DNA of 63,317 bases, filler included, from Trichomonas gallinae (Eukaryota): the NCBI GenBank assembly GCA_008369845.1. It is 3 parts of 3 records of this genome, joined end to end, with 100 filler letters (N's around TTAATTAATTAA, not from the genome) between each part and the next. Parts side by side here need not be neighbours in the genome. Positions count along the whole stretch, not along the records: positions 20,963 to 41,665 come from MRSU01001402.1; positions 41,766 to 63,317 come from MRSU01001407.1; 1 more part is not named here. One strand, written 5' to 3'. Below, piece by piece: positions 40,045-54,300 of the stretch. The translations under genes were made by a program, and so were the position numbers. The notes under the pieces were generated by a model. The model made no database searches and was not told where the DNA came from. It saw nothing but the letters and a program-made list of their open reading frames with translations. Numbering within the stretch: the stretch's first letter is position 1; each line of letters begins with the position of its first letter.

Positions 40045-41379
40045 TTAAGATATGTTTGCAATGATATTCTTTGATAATTCAATGGTTGACTCATGAAATT
40101 CTGAATTATAATTGACTTCATTTAAATAATCAATAAACTCTGTAGAATTGATGTATTGACTAAATTTCTCTGGAATATTTAATACTTGGCTAATAATTAA
40201 AGAATTAATGAAATTCAATAATTTGGAAACTATTTGATCATTGCCACATGTTAAAATGATATCACACAAATGTGAAATATCTATTTGTTGTATAAATGAA
40301 GTTGTGGATTCATATTTTAATAAAATGAAGTAAAAATCTACAAAAATATCAATGTCATTAAAGAAAGTGATTTGATTATATATCTTTGGAAGAACAAAAA
40401 TGAAATCTGAGTTTTCTAAATCTTCTATCGCTGATAAATCTTTCGTTAAATATTCGATTGTTATCTGAATTGATTTTGTAATGATAAAAAGCTCTTCTCC
40501 TAGGTTAACAGCACTTGTATATGACCATGAATACAACAATGGCAAAATATTTTCTTGTTTAATCAAAATGAAATTATCTGATTTTGCAATGTTTAAAAAT
40601 GTATCTAAAATAAGAAATTGTATGCGACATGGTACAATTCTGAATATTTTCTTCAAATTGAACAATGCAAGCGTTTCAAAAAAGAAATTTGAATCAAATT
40701 TCGAATACTGATGAATAAAACTAGCTATAACATAGTACGATGATTTAGGAGCCTCAGAAATGTTTAAATTCATGATTGTCTCATATATTTTTGATTTTGT
40801 TTCGAAATCAAGGAATCGTGTGTTAATAAACAATGTTAGAGTATGAATTGAATTTTTAAATGCTTCTGATTCGACTTCTTTCTTCATTATTACTTCGAAC
40901 ATGAATTCTATTTGAATATTAGAAAAAATGTTTTGATCAATTGATAATAATTTGGAGAATAAGTTATATGGATCTACTGCATCAATTCTCATAATCAAAA
41001 TTTCTATAATTTTGGTTTGTAAAATATATTCAATATAATTTGAATATTTATCTATAAGACTTATTAAAAATGATGTAGTTGTACATATTAATGGCTCTTT
41101 GGCTTGTTCTATTGTTGAATATTGCGAGTAATTTTCCTGGATTTGAATAAGTTCAGATAGACGCTGAAATGCTTTGATATCTAAATCATTTAAATCTATT
41201 TGATCGATTAACAATAATGAATCAAGTGTTGCAAGTGCTTTTTTGCAAATAATGAAATCAACTGAAAATAAATCTGAAATCATTTTTTGCACATCGATAC
41301 TAATGGTTTTACAAGTAAAAGAAGCCCAACTTGTCACAGATTCAGTTAGAGTCTCAATTTTTTCCAATGAATCAATCAT
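40045..41379 (-). CDS. Hypothetical helical (ARM/HEAT-like) protein
   Basis: Long uninterrupted ORF in very AT-rich sequence with I/L/F-rich amphipathic helices. Likely start is ATG 41379 (MIDSLEK), after an Inr-like TCATTTT. Confidence 0.7.
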   Translation of the reverse strand: MIDSLEKIETLTESVTSWASFTCKTISIDVQKMISDLFSVDFIICKKALATLDSLLLIDQIDLNDLDIKAFQRLSELIQIQENYSQYSTIEQAKEPLICTTTSFLISLIDKYSNYIEYILQTKIIEILIMRIDAVDPYNLFSKLLSIDQNIFSNIQIEFMFEVIMKKEVESEAFKNSIHTLTLFINTRFLDFETKSKIYETIMNLNISEAPKSSYYVIASFIHQYSKFDSNFFFETLALFNLKKIFRIVPCRIQFLILDTFLNIAKSDNFILIKQENILPLLYSWSYTSAVNLGEELFIITKSIQITIEYLTKDLSAIEDLENSDFIFVLPKIYNQITFFNDIDIFVDFYFILLKYESTTSFIQQIDISHLCDIILTCGNDQIVSKLLNFINSLIISQVLNIPEKFSQYINSTEFIDYLNEVNYNSEFHESTIELSKNIIANIS

Positions 41380-41665
41380 CAGGTCATTAAAATGACAAAT
41401 AAATAATTTATACGTCAAAATATAGAATTTACAAAACATCAATCTCTCTATATCTACAACTGTTCCAGATGAGCTTTTGATTCATGAATATCAATAATAC
41501 GAGATGAGTCAACTAATTATTATTAGTGCCATGGAGCAATATAAATGTTTTTATTTATATTTTCACAGAAGTGTTTCAACTCGCGTTCTGGCTTTGTAAT
41601 AAGATTTGAGATCTCAAAGTTATAAAGTATCATTTTTATGTCCATCTGATTAATATATGTAAGTT

Positions 41666-41765
41666 NNNNNNNNNNNNNNNNNNNNNNNNNNNNNNNNNNN
41701 NNNNNNNNNTTAATTAATTAANNNNNNNNNNNNNNNNNNNNNNNNNNNNNNNNNNNNNNNNNNNN
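41666..41765. other. Assembly gap with artificial six-frame stop linker
   Basis: 100-nt block of Ns with TTAATTAATTAA at 41710-41721. Confidence 0.98.
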
Positions 41766-42382
41766 AGATATGCAACAGATGGAGAAAAGATGTTATCATC
41801 CAAAATTTCTCCTGATGAAAAAGTCAGAGTCAAAAGTTAGGACGTACAAATGAATGAGAACTGTAGAATGAAGCCTACAATTAAGCACAACACTGAAAAA
41901 CTCAAATCGTACCATCATGTGATACCGGATTTATTGGAGAGTGGACTTACTGAATCTACATTTATACGAGAACCAGTTAATGTTGTTGCAGAACCACTGA
42001 AGAGTACTGATGAAGGTTTGTAAGTTTGGTGACAAGAATTATTACGAATTAATCCAAAACTTGAAAAGTGAGAAATAAGTCCAAAAATGTATATCAGCAA
42101 TATACAGATCATGTCTACCTAGTTAGATAGATAATATTGAAAATTAATCTAAATAAAAATTAATATTTTAATATTTTACTTTTATTTAGTTAGAGAATGA
42201 TGTACACAGATACTCTGTAGAGTTTTGGGTTTGATTAAGCTTCTAAGGCAGCGTTTGCCCTTTTTTCCCTGACTATAGTTCATCAAGTAATTTTTGCCAA
42301 TTATTTTTTTGACAAATGTCAAATTATACATGGATGCTGATATGTTCGCCTTGATGATCAATGTTCTTTCATTATTGTCAAA

Positions 42383-42984
42383 ATGTCAACAAATTATTCC
42401 CTAAAAAGTGAATTTTTTTTTATTGTTTGGTATGGATTAATTTCAATGAGTCCAACCCGTCAGTTGGGCTCTGCGATTACTTAAAAAATATAAATGGGAA
42501 TTATCATGACTATCTTAGTTATGAATATAGCTATGGCTTAAATTATCCAGAACAATTATTTTATTATGAAGACGGCTATTCGTATGGATCAGGTAATACA
42601 AATGGAATATATTACGTTGGAATATATCTCAAGAAACAATCTTTTATAATTAATTCATATTTCATCAAATCTTCATTGAATCCTACAAACTATTCTATTC
42701 ATCCAATTAATTGGTCAATACAAGGCTCCTACGATGGAAAAAGTTGGGAAGTTCTTGATTTTCACAATGATCAGATTCTAAATTCGCTAGGAGCTGAACT
42801 AAAATCCAATATTCGCGAATATATTGCTAGACATCTACGATTTGTCACAAATAAACCATTCGCATTGCGAAATCTAGAATTTTTTGGTTATCTAACCAAC
42901 ACCATAATGAAAGAACAAACCATAGATATGACAAGTTGTTTTTGTCTCCCGAGATTGTTTTTGTTTGCGTTTATAATATTCTAA
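42383..42984 (+). pseudogene. F5/8 type C / galactose-binding-like domain gene, 5' end out of frame
   Basis: HPINWSIQGSYDGKSWEVLD...RHLRF...LRNLEFFG motif with a hydrophobic C-terminus. No in-frame ATG near the 5' end; ATG 42383 is one base out of frame across a T9 run (42413-42421). Confidence 0.7.
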
Positions 42985-43349
42985 ACTTAAATTTATCTCA
43001 ATTTTTTTTGCGAAAAACCAATATAATAGAAAACTCATGCTTTCCGGAAAACACAATCATTTTATTACGTGAGGTGATTGTGGATGCCAGAAAACAGGCG
43101 TTTCTGGCTATGTTTGCTAAAATAAGATATTTTATATTATCAAAATATGATTTTGATTTCATTATTACTATATCAATATAAGATATATTTTCTCTTATGA
43201 GTTACATTATATATTTTAGTACAGTTTTTTTCTTGGCTTATACTTAATATACCTCAACAGGATGGCTATATGTAAATAGTATAATGCCCTTACAACGAAA
43301 TAACATTATTTACTCAATCATCGTTGAATTCCACATAATAATTCAATAA

Positions 43350-43410
43350 AACACTAATTTCACTATCAAATATATCATATAACACTAATTTCACTATCAA
43401 ATATATCATA
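43350..43410. repeat. 31-bp direct tandem duplication
   Basis: AACACTAATTTCACTATCAAATATATCATA occurs twice in tandem. Confidence 0.85.
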
Positions 43411-43729
43411 AAACTATAAGAGAAACTATTATTACAAATAATAAAGCATTTCAACCAGATTGATTTTTCAAAATATTTTTTTGCATCTTTGATATCATGA
43501 ACCACAATAATCACATTATGCCTATATTATATACAATACACATAATACAAAAAAACATACAGTAACGATTCAAATTCAATCTTGAGTCATATAAATTTCA
43601 TTTTCATCACGTTGAATTCATATTATTATATTTAAAATTAATTTTTATACTGTATACATCTACACTAATTTCAACACGCTAGATTTAATCCCACTGTTTG
43701 GTATAAGAATTTTCCAAAATTTCTATAGA

Positions 43730-44830
43730 TCAAATGTTTAAAACTACAATCACGTAATAAATAAGATGCTCATAATTATTGTGACACGAATAATCATTTT
43801 TCGCTGAACAATGACGAATTTTATTCGGATTAGCATAGATAATTTGTGCAACACACTCACCCAATGATACGAAAGGTGCAACGACAGTAAATGGTGAGTT
43901 AACACTATTTTTAATGTCTAGTGTGCATGAAAAGGTTGAAAAAGAGTCTGCATAACAATTCGTTAAGCTGATTGTTTTTAGGTCTGTGCCAATATAAAAT
44001 AGAGGATTGCCAATGTTACCTAAGATGCAGCATGATTTAAAATCAAAATTTTCCCATCCAGTAATTATTCCTCTAGAATCACTTGATCTTTTATTATTTA
44101 TAATGTTTGATGAAGAAATTTTAGTCAAACCACTAGTCCACATTCCAATAATAACATCTGATGCTTGCGTGTTATCTCTTATATTTAAAAATTTATAATT
44201 TACATTGGAGTTTCCACCATTATGAATATAGCCAGAATATTCCTTGCATTTATTATTTGAAATATTAAAACTTGATGAATATTCAGGTCCTGCTTCGATG
44301 CAGAATATTCGAGAACCAGCAGAAGTACTTGTTCCACAATTAGCAATTGTAGTTAAATTAATAAATAGCTTTGTAGTTGCTGTATCAGGAACATTTACAT
44401 AGAATGTTATGTCAATTCCAGAGTTTTTGATCGATTTTGAATAACAAACTCTATCATGAATGAAGCTTCCACTGCTTCTGAAATATAATGAGCCACCACT
44501 TCCATAGCTTCCTGTTGAAGAACACTCAGTGAAAGATGTGTCTTCAACGAGGAGATTATCTTGTGCTGATGAGTCACCAATTCTCACAGCTGCGTAGTCA
44601 GTTTGTCTTATGAAGTCGCATGATGCAACATAAAAGCTCCCGGAAGATGCTTTGAAAGCAGTTGTTACTTCATATTTCTTTGTGTACGGTGCTCCTCCGA
44701 AGTATGTTGACCAATCTAAACATTTTTTATTGAAATCCAATGTAGCCGATTAAGCTCGGCTACATTATCATTTCTGTCATTTATCGTTTCATGACTAAAT
44801 ATACTCCAAATTTTGTTGAAACAAAAACAT
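43730..44830 (-). pseudogene. Cys/Ser/Asn-rich secreted beta-helix (pectin-lyase/Pmp-like) family gene with disrupted 5' end
   Basis: 336-codon open frame (SFTECSS..GSGGSLYF, NISNN, SNIINN, CCILGN) with no ATG near its 5' end. The Inr-preceded ATG at 44830 is in frame but separated from it by five stops. Confidence 0.7.
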
Positions 44831-45388
44831 GAGTGAGAATCACTTAATAACAATATCATTTTGTCGTGCAATTGATTCTAAATCAATATTGATTATTGGC
44901 TATTTTTGTCAACATTTAAGGCTCTATTTGCTAAATTAACTAATGTTTTCAATAAAATCATTATATGTAAACAGATTTTAATCATTCCACAAAGTTGTTT
45001 AAAGAAATCAGAATTGATATTTGAAATTTAATTTTTTGATTTTTCCGAACAATAATGAAGCATTAAATAGCTAGTATTACAATCATAATTGTATAATATG
45101 ACAAATACATTAATTCATAATAGCTAAATACAGTTTTTTAAAATTCAAAAATAATTTTAAATGTATTTTCTTCATTCGACTAAATATTTAATGAATATAC
45201 AATATAGAAGTAGTTCTCCAATAAAAATCTTTTTTAAATTAAAAAATAACGAATCAAATTTCCAAAATTTTGTAAAAACTCATTGACATATCAATAAATT
45301 ACACCACAAAATTTAATATTTCACTGTTAAAGTTCCAAGATTTCGCAACTGAAGCAAGAAAAATCGCAAGAAATCAAAATACGTTTGG

Positions 45389-48300
45389 ATGAATGCAAAA
45401 GGCTCCTTAATTCTTGAGCCTCAATTCGCATTATTTACTCCAACACACATCACAGCAGAATCAAAATTCACATTTAGGATACTTAGCACAGCGAAAACTC
45501 AGCTTCATTACCAATGGAGATCTTATCCGACTGATGATGAAGAGTTAGATGCAATTAGCGACTTGGATTTGCAAGATGCAAACGACAGAAATAAAGCACG
45601 CGAGTTAGTTATGTTCCATTCGCAAGTTTTTAGATTCGAAAATAAAGAAAATCTGATCTGGCCAGGACAATACGTAAATTGCATAGCATATTTCCACCCT
45701 AATCTGTCAGTTAAACATGATGATACTGCTTATTTGTACGTAATGGAAACAGGAGAACGAATTCCATTTCGATTACAAGGAACAGGACTTTCTCCTGAGG
45801 CAAAGTTCAGCGTATCTTCAATCAACGTCGGACATGTTACTCTTGACTCCGTTATGGAATATGAGGTTTTCCTTGAAAATACCGGAGAAGTTATTTGCGA
45901 TTTCTCGTTAACTCCAAAAACCGTTCAAAATCTTATATTTGAGTTTACTCCAAGTTCAGGACATATCGAAATTGGTGAGAAAGTCCCGATAAGAATTAAA
46001 TTTACAGCAAATTACGTTGGCCAGTTCACAGAAACGTTCGAATTTCACATAAAAGGCGTTTCTCAGAACCATCCGACAATAGGACTGTACGGTCGTGTCG
46101 TTGGACCAACGTTTTCGATCGATGTTGCAAGATTAGATTTTGGAAAAGTCAGTTACGGCTTTCTTTACACAAAAACATTCGAAATTTCCAACAAATCTGA
46201 AATACCATTCGACTATTCGTTAGCTTTATCGCATGATGGCTCGTTTTCTCGTAGAGAATTTTCAATTTCTCCTCAAACGGGCCTAATAGGCAAATTTTCG
46301 AAACAAATAGTTACTATCGAGTTCATACCAATGAAAGCACACGATTACAATTTAGAATTAATATTTAATATCGATAAATTCGGAGAAAAGATGGCAACAA
46401 TTCCAATTTCAGCGGAATGCATATCACCAAATGTGTATCTCGTTAAAGATGTCATCAATTTAGGAAATATTTTTATCGGCGCTGAATATCGAAGTAAATT
46501 GCATTTTAAAGACGACACAGATCTTCCTGCCAAGTATGAATACATACCAGCAACAGATTCATCGATGTTACAAGCGAATATTACAGTATCACATCCAAAT
46601 GGCGTGATTAACGCTCATACCACTACAGACATGGACTTTATTATCGTTCCAAAGCAGTTGGGACCATTGGATATCGTCCAACACATTCGTTTCTTCGGAA
46701 ATGAAAATCCACCTCTACCATTTACTATAAAAGGCACAGTTACTGGTCCAAATATACAATTTTCACAAGATAATATCAACTTTGGCAGGATCCAAGTCCT
46801 TAAAGATGTATCACATCAAGTTGTAATAACAAATAATTCTCAGATTAACGCATCTTTCACAGCAACAGTCGAATGTGATGGTGAGAACTTCAGAATTGAG
46901 CCATCAGAGGGCTATATACAAGCAGGTGGTCAGTTCCCTGTAAAAATCATCGCACAACTCGATGATACTGTTGAATTTAAAGGAAAAGTCGTCTTTAGAT
47001 TCGACAACTTGAATCCTCTCTATATAAATCTCAAAGCACTAGGCACAGGCTCGACAATCGTTCCATCCATACCAATGACATCATTGGATTTGGGTAATAT
47101 TTTCACAGAAGTTCCGAACGTTAAAAAATTCACTCTGACAAACAAAGGAAGAAGAAACCAAGAACTGAGATTTTCTATACAGAAACCAAAGCTTTCATCA
47201 TCAGAAGGTGTAAAGTTTTCATGCACAATAACGCCAGAAGTGCAAGTTCTTGCACCAGGACAAGAGTCGAAATTTACCTTGTCCGTGCAATCAGATAAAA
47301 CAATTTCTTTCACAGACGGAATAATGTGCCACGCAACTGTTGGCAAGCAGCGCCAGGAAATATTCACACTCTACCTCAAAGGTACATTCGTTAAGCCATT
47401 CATATCTTTCAACAAGAACGTTGTCCAGTTTACTCATATTCATGATGCCGAGAAAGAAGAAGAACTGACTGGCAAAGAAAAGTCATCAAAGAACATTACA
47501 CCTCCGCCTGAACTGCTTCCTATTCTCAAGAATGACTTTGAGATCAACAACGCTTCTAAACTGGCACTGACAGTAAAGGCAGAATGTCCAATGCCATTCA
47601 GTATTTCAGAGACAACATTTGTTTTGGATGCAGGACAAAAGAAGAAATTAACTGTCACATTTGATCCAACATTCAAAGAAGATTATTCCTGCGAAACTAT
47701 CAACAAGCGGATAGTTTTCACATACAAAGAGCATCCTCAAGTTTCAACTCTTAATCTCCAAGGCTCGCTGATTTTCCCGAACATCGTCTTCAAGCCAGAT
47801 AAGAAGATTGATTTCGGAATCTTACTCTACAACACAGAACAGTCTAAAGACGTTACAATGCAGAATCCAACAGATCTACCTGTAGACTTCGTTTGGGAAC
47901 TCTTCCCAGATGGAAATGGAGTCGATGTCAAAAATATTTTCGACATTTATCCAATCAGAGGTCACATCGAACCAAAATCTGCTGACACAGTTCACATCTC
48001 TTTCTTCTCTCAAATGGATTCTGAAGGAAGATCAACAACATTCCAAGGAAGGGCTGTATGCCATGTAATTGGTGGACCAGACTACACGATGAAGCTCGTT
48101 GGAGGGTCGGCGAACATCCAGTACAAGCTTGATCCAGTTGAAATGGATTTGGGAGACATTGGTTATCTCGACAATATAAATACTTCTGTTACATTGACAA
48201 ATTGCAGTGATGTGCCTCTTAATTTCGCTGTTAAGATTCCTAAAGGCACAGCCTTCACGACATTTGTTGTTACTCCAACTGAAGGAACAATACAAGTCAA

Positions 48301-51300
48301 CGCTTTCCAGAAGTTTAGCATTATCATGACGCCAGGTTTGCCAAGAGAATTTGACGAAACATTCTTTATCAGAATCGGGCATTTCGATGAAGCAAGAGTT
48401 AATATTAGAGTAAATTGCTTCATTCCACAGTGCAAGCTTTCGTTGCCGAGACATGAAGCTGATCCACTCATGGTACAATATCATCAAAAATTCGACAACA
48501 AGAAATTGAAGAATATCAGACGAAAGGACACATTGGCGCTCACATCAACTGCGACATCAATGGGAGAAGAAGAGGATGAAGAAGATGTCGTCGAGCAACT
48601 CCCAACAGACCAAGAACTTGCGGAAATAGAAAAACAACTTCTCATACAAAAACTGACAAATAAACAAATGTTCGATCAATCAACACTGAGAAGAAGAAGG
48701 CAGAAAGGCGAACCAGTTCCTGTTTACGAAGGCTATGTTGCATCAAGATTCATATTGGATATGGGCAAAATCGTCTTCGGAAAGAAAGAAACATTTAAGT
48801 TTACAATAATGTCAATGGCTCCTTCACCAATTTCGTTTGAGTTAGTTACAAAAGAATTAAACGATACGGGATTCATGATAGAGCCAACTTCCTTCAAGGA
48901 TGTTAAACCTAACGAGCCAATTGAAGTATTGGTGACATTCGATATAAAGAAGAAACGACCTGATCTTAATGGCGACGTTGAATTCACTTTGCCACTCTTA
49001 TTCAACATCGACTACGCTTATATAATTTTCTTCAGGGCTAAATTACAGAAACCAACATTGAATCTATCACAAACACATTTCGACTTCGGAACAACAATCG
49101 TTGGACAAACATATACTATGACATTACAATTACAAAACATGAACACTGTTCCAGTTGAATTCAAATTCAGCGATGCTCAGTATTCCAATGTTTTGCAGAG
49201 AAGCATTGCAAAAGATCCAGGTTTCGTTAATGTTTTCACTGCGACACCATCATTCGGCTGTCTTCCTCCTGTTTCTTTCCAGAACATTGATATTTCCTTC
49301 CTGCCAACACAGGAAAAGAACTACTCAATGCAGTTCCCGATTGACATAAAATACAACAATCAGACAGTTTTCGTCACTCTTAAAGGCCAAGGTGTTCAAC
49401 TTAAAGTCACTTTTGATCCACCAGAGCTTCATCTTCCTCCAATTCTGCCGTTCAGCGATCCATCACAGATCAAAGTTAAGATGGTGAACCCGACTGGTTA
49501 TCCAATAGAAGTCATTGCAACGCAATTCGATTTGCAGTTGTTGATCGAAGAAGAATCAGCTAAAAGAAACATGATATTGGATAACTCACAGAATATCAGC
49601 GACACAGAGATTTTCGGCCAAAATCCACCACAAGCGCCACAGACACCAGCTGTCTCTAAGTTCTCCATTTGCGTGATTGTTCACGGATCATCAGGAAGTG
49701 GAAGAACAACGATCAGCAATTTGGTGTCAAAATATCTTGGAAATGTGCCAATTATTTCATGCAAATCTCTTTGGCAGGAGCTTCTGAAGCAAACAGATCC
49801 AGCACCACTGCAAGCTGATTTTGTTTCCACTTTCTCTGATAGAATTATGCAGCCTGATTGCGCGAATGGTTTCGTTATTGATGGACTTGATGGGCTTCCA
49901 GAAAATGATGAGCTCGAGCAGTTCTACACTCACTGCTTGAAGACCAAGAATATCTGGGATGAAGTCCTCAAAAATCCATTCACTCAATACCAGCACCAAG
50001 CTTTGTCTGCTGCTGAACAGGCTTTGTCTTATATACTTGCTGCTCTCGATGGACATTACGTTTTCATGGTTGCTCTTCACGCGACAGAGGACGTTTTGAA
50101 TGATCGCAAAGACGCAATGGCTTCACAAGAGAGAAGAAGAAAGCGCCACGAAGCAGCAGCAGAAAAAGTTGCTTTGTTTAAGATGTCTGAAGAAGATTAT
50201 CTTAAACTGACAGACGAAGAACGCCAAGCAGTCGACAAAAAGAGAGAATCATACAGAAGGAGAATGCTGAAGCAAGCAATAGAAAGCGATGCAGAAAAAG
50301 GAATTGTTAATGCTGATCTTGATATTTTATCATCAAGAAGAAGATCATCATCGCATAGATCATCAAAAGACAAAGGTGAAAAGAAGGAGAGAAGAGAGTC
50401 ATCAGCTAAAGATAAAAGCGAGAAGAAGGAAAAGTCACAAAACAAAGAAGAAAGAAGGAAACATTCCAAAGATAAAAGAAGTTCATCGACAAAAGGTGAG
50501 AAAGAAGAAAAAGAACCAAAAGATTCATCGAGGCGCGAAAAAGACTCAAAAGATCCACGCAGACGTGATAAAGACAGTGGACTTAAATCTCCAAAGGGTG
50601 ACAATCCAGAAAAGAAGAAGATCAGGTCACTCAAAGCTATGCCAACAGATCCAATACAACGCGACATCATCATATTCACATTTACTTTGGGAACAATCGT
50701 TCAAAGACTCAAAGATGGCGGTGAACAGTTTGCTGCCATTGATCCTCATGACATCATGAAGGAGAGTGCATTACCATCAGCAATGGCATCAAAGATGTCT
50801 CTTCCACCATTTGAGCCAGTTGCCCTTGGATCTGCCACACCAAACTCTAAATCAAAGTCTCAAGTTCTTGATGATAACTTGGTTCAACCAGTTATGTCTG
50901 CATTGAACTGCTTGTTACTTGAATCAGGAGCGAACAAACCGGAAGAAGCAAATACATTTATCATGGAATTCATTCCACAGATCAACCAGCTCAAAGAAAA
51001 GGCTTTCACAAGATTGATACCAGCAGCAAGAATTACATTGCCTGATCCTTCAACATTGATGAAGGCTACTTTATCACAGATGCCGAAATACTTCTCGATT
51101 GTGGTCGAAGAACCATTCACTCCTGAGCAAATCAACACTCAGCACGTTATGCGTCCAGATTCGACAACAAAAAGTGGCCGTAAGTCTAGAACAAGGAAAG
51201 ATAGATCAAATGAACCATTATTCGCCGAAGACTATGATCTCTCTAAACGAACTCCTGTTTGGAAGATTGAGCCAAACTCGTCACAGATCTTGACAATACA

Positions 51301-54300
51301 ATTTGATGCCCAACTTGCTGGCTCATATAAGGACAACATTATCTTCCAGCTCATCAATGGACGCAGCGATTTAACTAAGTTGAGAGTCGTTGGTACATGC
51401 GCATATCCAGACATAACTCGTGATCTTAAACTATTGTTCCCTAAGCGAGTTGCTAGACTCGACAGCAAGACAGAGATGGCTTTCGTGGCTGATCAGCAAC
51501 AATTCTATTTCGGTTCTCTTCTAGTTGTCAAAGATAGGAATCCAAAGGCTCCACCAGCCTATAGACAAGCAATTACATTGACAAATCCTTCGCTTTTCCC
51601 AGTTGAATTAAGTGCATTTTTGATGGATACTCCTCCAAAGTCTCCATGGGTCATAGAAAAGCCAACACTTACAATAGAACCAGGACAAAACGCTGAGTTT
51701 TCATTTGGAATTCATCCAACACAGCCAGACATTTATCATAACACAGTTATCTTCTTCATCAAAGATCATCCAGAGCCATTCACTTTCCAAATGGGTGCTG
51801 AAGGTTGCATTCCAACAATCGACATCAGCAACTTTAACCTCGAGTTCGAGAAATTGCTGTTGAATCAAACAAAGACTTTGTCAATTGATCTAAAGAATAC
51901 AGGGAAGATTCCAGCAGCATGGCGTCTTAAAGGCCAGCAACAGTTAGGAAACAACTTCACTTTCAACTGCACTGAAGGACTCTTGAATCCACGCGGATCA
52001 TTCACAATCACTGTCGTCTTCACATCGAACAAACCACTGGCTGTCAAGAAAGCAATACAGATCGAAATCCTCGACAAAGACAACGCTCACGTATTTTCGT
52101 CAAAGAACATCAACATTTCCGCCGAAGCATTCGATGTAAACTTCGACTTCCAGTATCCTAAAGGCATGGATCATTTGCAGTTCGGCATGATGAAAGTTTC
52201 TCAGCAAAAGTCAATCGCCGTCACTCTTAAGAACAAAGGCAAGTATCCATCACTCTTCAAGATAACAGTAACAGGACTAAAAATACAGAAACTATTCACA
52301 ATCACACCAAACGAAGGAACGCTTAATTCCAATGATAAGCCTTTGTCAATCAACTTCACTTTTACCAGTCCGAGGTTGGTTTCTTACGCGAATGCTAAAG
52401 GACTTGCTTTGGTTATAACTGATTCACTGACAAACACTGTTACAGCAACATTGCCTCTGCCTTTCTCAGCTCAAACTGTTTATTCATCATTCCTAATCAA
52501 TCCAACAGGAACAATTGATTTTGGCGCTTTATCTACTAATGAACAATTGACGAAACAAATAACAATAGAAAACAACGGCTCATTCCCATTCGAATACGAT
52601 ATACAGCCCAAGCCAGAACCAGTCGATCTTAAAGAAATGCAAACGACAAAGGGCAAGAAGAAAGCCCCAGCGAAACCAACTACGCCAACGAGAAAAGTTG
52701 GAAGAGGAAAAGAGAAATCTGTATTATGCGGAAATTACATCATTGTCCCATCACAGCAAGTTGTTCCTCCTGGACAGAAGGTCAGCATAGACATAGACTT
52801 CCAGTCAGCAACTGACGGAACATTCGATTCTACAGCTTTGATTTCAATCACTGATGTTGACACAACTAAAACTCCAGGACCAATTCCAATTTCATTCCAC
52901 GCAACTGTCCACACTCCAGCAATCACAACTCATGATTTCGAGAAGATCTTCGTTGGAACAATGCTGTCGTTGAGATGTGATATTTCCAAGAACCCACAAA
53001 CAGCATTCTTAGAAGATGAACAACTTTTGTATTTCGCAGCAAGAATTATTGGCCAAAAAGCAGAAGTTCCAATGTGTTTGACAAATCCATTACCTATCCC
53101 TTGCACTGTTGACATAACACTCAAGCCAAACGCAAAAGGAAAGGCAGCCCTACAGAACTTCCCGTTCGACGTCAACGAAAAAACAGTGACAATCGGACCA
53201 AATGGAAAATATACTGTCAATCTTTCCTTCCTTCCTACACTTACAGACAAATTCCTTGCAACAGCCGAATGCGTTGTCAGAGGTAACGCAAATGGTGAAG
53301 GTAGAATGCTTAAATTCGGCCTCGAAGGAACAGGAACATTGCCAGCAATTTCAGTTGTCGGCGAGAAAGACAAACCAGGAAAGAATGGAGTCATTGCAAT
53401 CAATCTCGGCAAGACATTGATAGGATTCACGAAAGAGAAGACAATCTGCCTCGCAAATGATGGCATGATTCCAGCCAAGCTCGCAATTTCAGCTAAAGCA
53501 TCTCCAGATTTCGAACTCAACAACGTTGACTCTGCTCAAGAGTTCATTTTGGACCCAGGTCACAGGTTCAATCTTCCAATTGTTTATTCTCCACAGAAAG
53601 TCAGAAAGGGACAGTTTGACATCAATGTTGCTGTCATTGACAATCCAAAGTCCAATATTTCGCTTTCTATTACAGCAGAAGGATTCAGTGAGGATGTCAT
53701 CTTCGAAGGCTTACAAGAAGACGAGTCCGATCTTTACTTCAGAGACAATGTTGTCGGCAGACAGCAACAAGCGACATTCGTAATGCACAACGTTTCACAG
53801 AACCACATCAAGTTTAATTGGCCTGCCCATACAGACTTTTCTTTCTCTCCAAGGGTTGGTCACCTCAGGATGGGCCAGCGTAAGACTATTACTGTTACAT
53901 TCTTCACTGATAAACCAGTGAAGCACAACGGAGTGAAGATCTCTTGTCAATGGCAGAAGATCGAATTCGCTAATCCTAATGCTCACGATTGGGATGACAG
54001 CATGAAAGTCATCAAGTTCGTGACGAAGGGCAGCATCAGGCTTCAAGAACTCGCGAAAGAACAAGCTCTTAAGCAAGAACAAGCTACAAAATCCAAGTCT
54101 CCGAAATCTCCAAACAGCTCAAAGAAGCAAATCCACGAACAACTCGAGCCACTTAACATTCCTGATCCAACAGATAACGAAATTGTTAAAGTTGTCGAAA
54201 TCAAGCCAGAGCCAGAAAACACTCCGCAGCCACAGAAATGCAAGGATTTGGTTCTCAGAGTTTTCGCTATCAGCGATTACATCAAATACCACTGCGACAC

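Noticed and set aside
41766..42023. Coding-like fragment after the second gap with an in-frame TAG
   Set aside because: Truncated at a contig edge with no recognisable domain; cannot be called.
44774..44804. Possible 31-nt GT..AG intron rescuing the beta-helix gene
   Set aside because: It lacks the trichomonad ACTAAC..CAG 3' motif, and splicing still leads to a stop.
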